A stretch of 64,000 nt of DNA, from IMG/VR virus record IMGVR_UViG_3300034093_000288, positions 5,454-69,453 of that record, one strand, 5' to 3'. Made by a program: the position numbers and the translations under genes. Numbering within the stretch: position 1 is the first letter of the stretch; every line of letters starts with the position of its first letter. This DNA comes from a virus. Below, piece by piece: positions 59,001 through 64,000 of the stretch. The notes below the pieces were generated by a model. It was given only the letters and a program-made list of their open reading frames with translations. It had not been told where the DNA came from and searched no databases.

Positions 59001-59813
59001 GTTGACAGATGTAACCGAGTCAGTGTTGTCAACCTGCTGCCATGCTGTGCCATCAAATATAGCCCAGTCACCTACGTTCCAGTCAGTGATGCCGTCAAGG
59101 TTAGTACTACCTGCCACGTTGACAATGTAGTAGTAACCGCGAGTACCAACACCGCTAGTTAAGGCAGGTGTATTTGTCAAAGCGTTCCACGTACCTTGAT
59201 AGATTGAACTACCGATTAGTCCATTGATTTGGTTCTGCAACTTACCAAATGCAGTAAGAATGCTGTCAGAGGCATTTATAGAGCCTCCAGTGACATTTAC
59301 ACCCGTCAACACCTTAGCGGTTACCGAAGCGTTATTCAGTGTCACAGAAGCCGTCCCCGGGCCTGATCCTGTAGCCTCACCACTTAGTGCAGTGATATAG
59401 TTACCTGCAGGCTGCTTGCTATTGAAGGTATTCCAATCAGTAGCGCTTAAGAAACCACTAGTGCTAATGTTAGCCTGTGGTATTGTGATATTAGGAGTAG
59501 TACCACCTGATGAGCTTAGAGGAGCTGATGCGGTGACTGCTGTCACAGTTCCAACATTCCAAGTCCTATTAGCGCTTAGATCATATGTTGTGCCATTGAT
59601 TGTTAGCGTCCTGCTATTTGGTACATAACCACTCAAAGCTGTTGAGTAGTTAGGAATGTTTAGGACATTATTTATAAAAGTAGAAGGCCCTGAAGAGCCT
59701 AATGTTGTAAGTGCGATTTTATTTTGAAATATGGACTTTACATTTCCATACTTATCAGTTACAACAAGCTCTCTATTATTAGAGCCAAGACCATACTTAT
59801 TTATTTTCTCCAT
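53001..59813 (-). CDS. long tail fibre protein (2270 aa)
   Basis: More than ten ERMRI.S.GNVGIGTT.P...L.V.G repeats, repeated LTINGT.YDLSA.R.W.VGTVT units, C-terminal GFLPPRMT motif. Confidence 0.88.
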   Translation of the reverse strand: MEKINKYGLGSNNRELVVTDKYGNVKSIFQNKIALTTLGSSGPSTFINNVLNIPNYSTALSGYVPNSRTLTINGTTYDLSANRTWNVGTVTAVTASAPLSSSGGTTPNITIPQANISTSGFLSATDWNTFNSKQPAGNYITALSGEATGSGPGTASVTLNNASVTAKVLTGVNVTGGSINASDSILTAFGKLQNQINGLIGSSIYQGTWNALTNTPALTSGVGTRGYYYIVNVAGSTNLDGITDWNVGDWAIFDGTAWQQVDNTDSVTSVNGQTGAVSLTTDNIPEGATNLYFTSLRSRQALSLTTLGTGGLSTYDNTTGVLNIPNYSTALGGYVPYIGATQNVNLGEFGLTADQLTLDVSPTGTAVVGTTRWNNTIGSSETTLKGGSVILKNGVDLVARVVNKVTPNTTLTKAGYAAVRVSGAQGQRLAVAYAQADSDANSADTIGLVTETIATNQEGFIITVGHLEDINTTGSLQGETWADGDVLYLSPTIPGGLTNVKPNGSTGHIVVMGYVEYAHANHGKIYVKIMNGWELDELHNVYINNPLNNQGLFYETATQLWKNKSIDTALGYTPVPTTRQLTINGTAYDLSADRSWNVGTVTNIAMTVPTGLTVTGSPITSSGTFALGLQSGYSIPTTANQSNWTTAYNRSIVSAAVNYGIASTSLVLTQQNTGTITAGLIAGAATTNDFVFFNGSNLAYTQLNTTAPLSFNGATKTFSISQAGASTNGFLSSTDWNTFNSKQNAITLTTTGSSGAATLIGSTLNIPNYSSALSGYVPTSRQLTINGTSYDLSADRSWSVGTVTSIGVTAGPRIVSEDGPITSSGNITISHGIGQGLDVQTAQDLLNRTEDDGGDFEAFRCLATTLGELGDLSTPLGTFNYRGTVIQNIMLDEFGHILGIGSQTLTTDDIAEGSNLYFTDARARGSISLTTSGTSGAATYNSSTGVLNIPQYQSVITNPVTGTGTANYVARWTSSSNISTGVLYDNGTNVGIATTALGSWAKLQVAGNVALTGNLLSFSDNLAGGSTPAYLEYNYSLGKLIVGSYGPSALGHIVLETGGTEKVRITSTGNVGIGTTTPLAILDVYQSGQPQLRVRGTAGANHLYQDSTTGTTTSDGLFVGLGSDQTAYVYHYESNPLIFGTANAERMRITSAGNVLVGATSVAGGYSGSPKLFIVGGSTPLILSNGDNSGTYLQFNTGTANGVVNLQADARSGAYPPLTITTSATERMRITASGDVGIGTSSPIGKLDVRGASYFRGAYFGTSIVPTATGSDIYMYEGNNPVIYLQSADNIIFNNGYNVGIGTGSPGYKLDVSGNARANSVIIGTDVTYGDPYRTVAFGNTGDGNNRILASTSTADGMYFMAATGQGFNFRPNGGTANLVEISSSGSLGIGTDNPLNKLEIKNGGGSTSYTGNDLVFYNANGQSAFYHDSGGYVYWYTPQDITLYPGTSRSVTFKANGNVGINTTIPQARLDVNGDLSIGDGSNGNQNIQIRYGNFSSGYGAVRFYQSGSNLSTIHSFSSAWQGSNIFNASSGAINITGNTGVTFGNWNDIDAAILTGGAAYFKNNVGIGTTSPSQKLEVNGNVLANSLIKSGGTSSQYLMADGSVSTTSNVAPRYVQIINVSQTSYTTICTITGGSLASAVNISFQGTSGNVVVNVTAQILVNHYQDISITTTSGFYSQLNIRVISNNNETYSIEAQVLSGAGSSTDLNIEVFPLNSESVTFGGSPVTPGTTLVHTTRQGFYISATEAISISSGGDIYATGNVGIGTTSPGAKLHVVGNTYIESGNLFIDTIAGYTTNVVSIAANTNFYVPSGNVGIGTTSPNRTLTVNGLVGVTNGTANTQQFIFSIDGNAAYLSSSYIGSSSYVPMAFETGGAERMRITSGGNVGIGTTTPQAKLHINNSSAISTTFLAGNINGGAYFGWDSDNTGLVATYTNAAIKFGGAYYSSFNEWMRITNAGRLGIGTTTPGYRLEVNGGSDTFVASFINSSASQSFIRVGDTSDANYSGLALYSDSGSGQIFKNGTGSNSWGGNASLNIYNSNGSIAFHPNNTANAMFIATNGNVGIGTTTPTYKLDVVGDIRLPENNYLYFGNTSNFIRRDSSNILTVAGFSSVHLATFGSTRVAVAGSGDVGIGTTSPDVKLHVVGTSFVPTTMKLVHSQAFGTPQTLSLSSNSTGVSSLDLSFANPFAINIGGSEMMRIAANGSVGVGTTAPDTSSIMDLSSRRQGFLPPRMTNSEMNSIGSPATGLIVYDTTNNKVTVYNGSTWVPLH

Positions 59814-60098
59814 TTACTCTATATTGAGAGTATAAAAAGTATTAGCTACAGATGATCTAGCCAATATTTTATCTCCTTGTGCTAGTTCGTATTTTAAATT
59901 ATCAGTTACAATATCTCCTGCATCAAGTATTAGCGTATACAAATCTACTGTTCTGTCTTCTTTTGCGACATACAAAAAAACTTCTAACGTGTAGCTAATG
60001 TCATTTGTAAATCGCATACTCAAGACATTATTGCCTAGTCTATCAACACAAGTAAAGATACTTGCTGTTACAGTAGTTAAGGTTCCGCTTTTAGCCAT
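59814..60098 (-). CDS. small structural protein
   Basis: L.AGD......Y.L..GD.I pattern; packed in the operon. Confidence 0.7.
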   Translation of the reverse strand: MAKSGTLTTVTASIFTCVDRLGNNVLSMRFTNDISYTLEVFLYVAKEDRTVDLYTLILDAGDIVTDNLKYELAQGDKILARSSVANTFYTLNIE

Positions 60099-60454
60099 TA
60101 CTCTTCAATTTGCACCATTGGCTCATAAGGAAACTCTTCAGTTATTGCGTGTCCAGCAAATGCGTGTTTTGGGTTCTTTGGTTCTACAAGGTTAGCACCG
60201 AAGTCGTAAAGCTCAGTTGACATAACGTCGTAGTGATAGCCGTCTGCGTAGATAGGTTCTTCGATTACTTCCATACCTTCCATTACTGGAGGGGTCAATA
60301 GGATGAGACCGATTTCTACAACAGCTTGAACACCTTCGCCATATGCTTCGTGTTTCTGTCCGTCAAGTCCTTCGACTTCAACGAGAATGTTTTTAGCTTT
60401 TAAGTCGGCAACTGCTGCCGCTTTGTCTGAGTAAGTAAGTTTAAAGATATTCAT
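60098..60454 (-). CDS. hypothetical tail-associated protein
   Basis: VVEIG, GYHYDVM, PKH.FAG. Confidence 0.75.
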   Translation of the reverse strand: MNIFKLTYSDKAAAVADLKAKNILVEVEGLDGQKHEAYGEGVQAVVEIGLILLTPPVMEGMEVIEEPIYADGYHYDVMSTELYDFGANLVEPKNPKHAFAGHAITEEFPYEPMVQIEE

Positions 60455-60455
60455 A

Positions 60456-62147
60456 TTAAATAGTTGTTAGGGTTTGACATTGTGCATCAGTCAAAGCGGT
60501 TTTCCAAAGTGCTACTGCATTAAATTCATTTTTTTGTAAATGATTATTTGAAGAACCTAAAGTTCCAATTTGATTGATATATATATCATTACAAGTTGGA
60601 ATAGCACTTATCGTACCTATGTATTTAGTTCCGTTTACAAAAATATTAAATTGAGATGAAGCATATTGAACTGCTATTTTTGCTCTTTGCCCATTAATTG
60701 CAGTAACGCTTGATGTTGCTTCTCCAATACCAGAGCCGTTTTTTACTGCAATAACAGAAATTAATCCATTTGATGCCCGTTCAATATAAAAACTATTTGT
60801 AATCCAATCAGTACCAATTAAACTGAAAAACCAGTTTGGTGAAAGTTGTTGTCCAAAAATAATATCCACAAAAAACGTTCCCTCTGTTTGCCCTATAAGC
60901 GAACTAATACCAGTCTTTGAAATAACATCTGCGTTGCGTGTTACACTTGCTGAGGTTGTAGGTATGTAGGAAGTAGCGTAGTTTCCTTGTTCTAATTGGA
61001 ATCCGTAAGCTAAAAAGTCAGCGGTAAGTGAAGTGGATGGTAATTGTTGCCACAATAGAAAGTTTGCAATTAAAGTTGTTCCACTTATTGTTGTAGTAAA
61101 TTCATATCGTTTCCATTCATTTGTAAGCGTTACATTATTAGTATATGAAGCCCCATCATAGGATAAAACAATTGATGGTGTACCACTCAATGATTTTAAC
61201 CAAACACTCCAAGTATATGTCTGACCAGCTGAAACACTAAATAATTGCCATACATAAGAAAACGAACCCGAAGTTGTAGTGCGTGTTAATTGAATGCGGT
61301 CTGCGTTTTGTGTTCCGTCTGGACTTATACCATAGTTAGCAGTAACGATAGGAAGTGAACCTCCATTTCCATCTTCTTTAGTCCAAGCAGCATTATCAAA
61401 AGACGAACTCTGAAGAACAAGGTTTGTCCTCTGCGGTTCTACAAGCAAAGCACCGCTTCCACTTGAATAGTCTATTCTTGCTACGTCTAATCTATCAGTA
61501 GTAGGTAGGTAGTCAAGAGCTGAAGAACCTTCGTTTGCTTGCGCTCCCCAAATGTAAATGTCACCAGCAGTAGTTGCAGCTCCAGTTGGGCTATTGCTAC
61601 TAAATATCTGAACTCCTCCAGTTGTACCATTTGCGCTATGACAAGTGCAGCGATACCACCCATTCCCAACATCTTCTATTTGAGTATTTGCACCACTTGT
61701 AATTACTCCATTTTCCAAATCAAAATTGCCATAGCTATTAGTGCCGCCATAAGCGCCAAATCTTAAGTATTGATGCGTTCCTCTTTTGGCATATATAGAA
61801 ACAGTTCTTAAATCAGTTAAAGAAACTGGTTTTTGAATTATTCCATTTGCTGCAGTAACTGAAAGTTTTGAAGCATTAGCATCTCCAGTTGGAGAAATAA
61901 ACCCTCCCACAATATTAGAATCGGTTTTAGTCCAAGACGCATCGCTAAACAACTCTGAATATTGTATATAGTTATAAGGCACAAGCTCTACTAATCCATC
62001 TTCATTAATCCGTGTTCCAGTAGTAGCTCTTACTACTGACATTTCTCTTGGGTAATACTTGCCGCCATTAATCTTATAGCCTAATAAGCTATCTGATTTG
62101 ACTGCCCAGTTACCCTCTCCTATTACTAAACTTGCTTGTTCTATCAT
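60456..62147 (-). CDS. spike/fibre protein with carbohydrate-binding and LamG-like domains
   Basis: R.TT.TR, LLVEPQRTNL, GWYR, SYIPT....VTRNAD; paralogue of the next gene. Confidence 0.78.
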   Translation of the reverse strand: MIEQASLVIGEGNWAVKSDSLLGYKINGGKYYPREMSVVRATTGTRINEDGLVELVPYNYIQYSELFSDASWTKTDSNIVGGFISPTGDANASKLSVTAANGIIQKPVSLTDLRTVSIYAKRGTHQYLRFGAYGGTNSYGNFDLENGVITSGANTQIEDVGNGWYRCTCHSANGTTGGVQIFSSNSPTGAATTAGDIYIWGAQANEGSSALDYLPTTDRLDVARIDYSSGSGALLVEPQRTNLVLQSSSFDNAAWTKEDGNGGSLPIVTANYGISPDGTQNADRIQLTRTTTSGSFSYVWQLFSVSAGQTYTWSVWLKSLSGTPSIVLSYDGASYTNNVTLTNEWKRYEFTTTISGTTLIANFLLWQQLPSTSLTADFLAYGFQLEQGNYATSYIPTTSASVTRNADVISKTGISSLIGQTEGTFFVDIIFGQQLSPNWFFSLIGTDWITNSFYIERASNGLISVIAVKNGSGIGEATSSVTAINGQRAKIAVQYASSQFNIFVNGTKYIGTISAIPTCNDIYINQIGTLGSSNNHLQKNEFNAVALWKTALTDAQCQTLTTI

Positions 62148-63955
62148 TGTGTAATATAATTATAGTAGTTAGCCATTTCTGCGTATGTGTTAAAGCCCGT
62201 TCCAGTTAGGCGTTCTAATTCGTCATTTGTTAGGCGTGTCTTCCAAAGGGCTGCTGCGTTGTAACTATTTTCAGCTTGCAAGTCGCCAATCAATGATTTG
62301 TTTAAAATGAAATCATTTAATCCAGACAAAGAAAAAGTAACTGCGCTTGATGCTACTTGCGCTCCATTAACAAATAAAGATGTTGCTCCGCTTTGATAGG
62401 CTAAAGCAACTCTAATTCTTTCATTGGGAACTATTGTATATGTTGATAATACTACGGTCGCAGATGGGCTATAAATAATAAAACCAAGAACACCATTGTT
62501 AGTGTAAATTTCAACTCTGTTTGTATTACCTACCGATGCCAATAAAGAAAAGCCTGGGTTTGAATCGCTATTTTGTCCAGTTGCATATAAATCCAAAAAC
62601 ACGGAACCCTCCGTTTGACCGATAAGCGAACTAATACCCGTCTTTGATATAACGTCAGCGTTGCGTGTTACACTTGCAGAGGTTGTAGGTATGAAACTTG
62701 TACTGTAATTTCCCGCTTCAATTTGTGCGCCCCAAGCGTAAACGCTTCCAGTTCCGTTGCCAGTATAGTTTGGTTCTCCAGTTACATTGTATGTAGGTGT
62801 TGCGCTATCGCTTAAACCCGAAACAAGAAAAACATTTCCAGAATTATGTTGAGCAGATACTGTTAATCTATACCAACCATTTCCAAAATCTTCGGTAGTG
62901 TATGAAGTGGAAGTAGGGCTACCAACCGTTGTTGTGTCGGTTACATTTCCATTATTTAAATCAATAACTGCGGTAAATCTATCAGCTGCGCCATTTACTG
63001 CAATTTGTAAAAACGCATATTGCCTTGTGTTTTTCTTAAAAAACATACTTGTTGTGTATATTCCCGAAGATGCAGCAATAGGCCCTTGATAAAAAATATG
63101 TATTCCAGTTGCAGTATTTTCAATAATAGAATCAGCGTCTTGTATTGCGCTTGGCGAAGCTATGGTATTAGCTGAAATGGTTGCGTTTGATTTAACCCAA
63201 TCAGAATTATCGAAAGACGAACTATAAGTCAAGAGGTTTGTCCTCTGCGGTTCTACTAACAAACTTGGACAAGTACCATTTGAGTAGTCAAGTCTTGGGA
63301 TGTTAAGTCTTGTTTCCGTTTTTTGGTAGTCTTTAGCGGTTGAGCCTTCGACAAGTTGTGCGCCCCAAGCGTAAATGGTTTGTGATGGTTTTGCACTTTG
63401 TTGTGAATCTCTTAAATCAATTCCAAATATGACACCTTGATTTGTTGCTGGTATATTTGCAGTATAATCATATCTTTCCCAACTTGTTGTTAAAGTTAGT
63501 TGTTTTCTCAAATAATTTACCCCATCATTTGTCCAACTAATCCAAATAATCTCACCACCTAATGCACCTTTTAAATATATGCTCGTGGTATAACTACCAA
63601 CAACACCTGGCTCGTTATATATAAAAGAAAATTGAGAACCGCTTACTGCTGGAAAAACTATGGTATCGGCAGTTGTTGTGCCATTAGGTGCTATTGTTGT
63701 GTTTTCGGTAATTGTTGGAAGCGACACCCCGCCGCTGGCAGCCTTTAGCCAATAAGCATTTGTAAATTGCTCTGAATAACTAAAGAGATTATAAGGCACT
63801 AACTCCACCAAGCCAGCTGAATTAACTCGTGTTGCGGTGGTCGCTCTTGTTACTGACAAGTCGCCAGAACCATCGGATGGAATAACGGAATATAATTTGC
63901 CCTCCTTATATCCGTTTGGCGTTACAATTAAAGAGGCAGTATCTAATAGGCTCAT
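62144..63955 (-). CDS. spike/fibre protein with carbohydrate-binding and LamG-like domains
   Basis: Same motif set as 60456..62147. Confidence 0.78.
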   Translation of the reverse strand: MSLLDTASLIVTPNGYKEGKLYSVIPSDGSGDLSVTRATTATRVNSAGLVELVPYNLFSYSEQFTNAYWLKAASGGVSLPTITENTTIAPNGTTTADTIVFPAVSGSQFSFIYNEPGVVGSYTTSIYLKGALGGEIIWISWTNDGVNYLRKQLTLTTSWERYDYTANIPATNQGVIFGIDLRDSQQSAKPSQTIYAWGAQLVEGSTAKDYQKTETRLNIPRLDYSNGTCPSLLVEPQRTNLLTYSSSFDNSDWVKSNATISANTIASPSAIQDADSIIENTATGIHIFYQGPIAASSGIYTTSMFFKKNTRQYAFLQIAVNGAADRFTAVIDLNNGNVTDTTTVGSPTSTSYTTEDFGNGWYRLTVSAQHNSGNVFLVSGLSDSATPTYNVTGEPNYTGNGTGSVYAWGAQIEAGNYSTSFIPTTSASVTRNADVISKTGISSLIGQTEGSVFLDLYATGQNSDSNPGFSLLASVGNTNRVEIYTNNGVLGFIIYSPSATVVLSTYTIVPNERIRVALAYQSGATSLFVNGAQVASSAVTFSLSGLNDFILNKSLIGDLQAENSYNAAALWKTRLTNDELERLTGTGFNTYAEMANYYNYITQ

Positions 63956-64000
63956 ATATCAAATGAATTTAAAGTAATTTCTAAACAAGTTTCGGCCTCA
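63952..64000 (-). CDS. C-terminal end of an upstream gene (…EAETCLEITLNSFDI), truncated by the window edge
   Basis: Open frame ending in an ATGA overlap; EA..CL..TL also occurs inside the tail fibre. Confidence 0.55.
   Translation of the reverse strand, partial: EAETCLEITLNSFDI

Noticed and set aside
60880-62693. Diversity-generating retroelement TR/VR pair
   Set aside because: Differences are mainly third-position and not adenine-specific, both copies are inside intact genes, and there is no reverse transcriptase in the window.
1-64000. Stop-codon reassignment as in some crAss-like phages
   Set aside because: Standard-code ORFs are long and tightly packed, and TAA, TAG and TGA all end genes.

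Overview
The window is most of the genome of a tailed dsDNA phage with podovirus-like gene order and a probable Bacteroidetes (Flavobacteriia-like) host, since TAnnTTTG -7 promoters precede many genes on both strands. Positions 2.0-16.6 kb (+) hold early and replication genes: amidoligase, GATase-GGCT fusion, Sak-like annealing protein, RecE-like exonuclease, SSB, primase-helicase, SF2 helicase, VRR-NUC and two DnaA-domain-IV-like proteins. Positions 16.6-64 kb (-) hold virion genes: a 3228-aa polyvalent/ejection protein, tail stabilisation and ring proteins, capsid, scaffold, portal, terminase, a lysis block and tail fibres. I recognised no integrase, DNA polymerase, RNA polymerase, CRISPR array or complete tRNA. 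The most unusual signals are non-coding. (1) Nine exact copies of the 16-bp near-palindrome GTGTCTTTGAAGACAC occur, four inside conserved genes in three reading frames, and eight share one genome orientation. (2) Four ~41-nt mini-tRNA-like elements with covarying stems sit in front of early genes, three beside that palindrome. (3) Two homologous iteron/IHF origin-like loci are present. (4) CCAG/CTGG is strongly depleted except in tail modules. All product calls are by-eye motif recognition; no database search was run.
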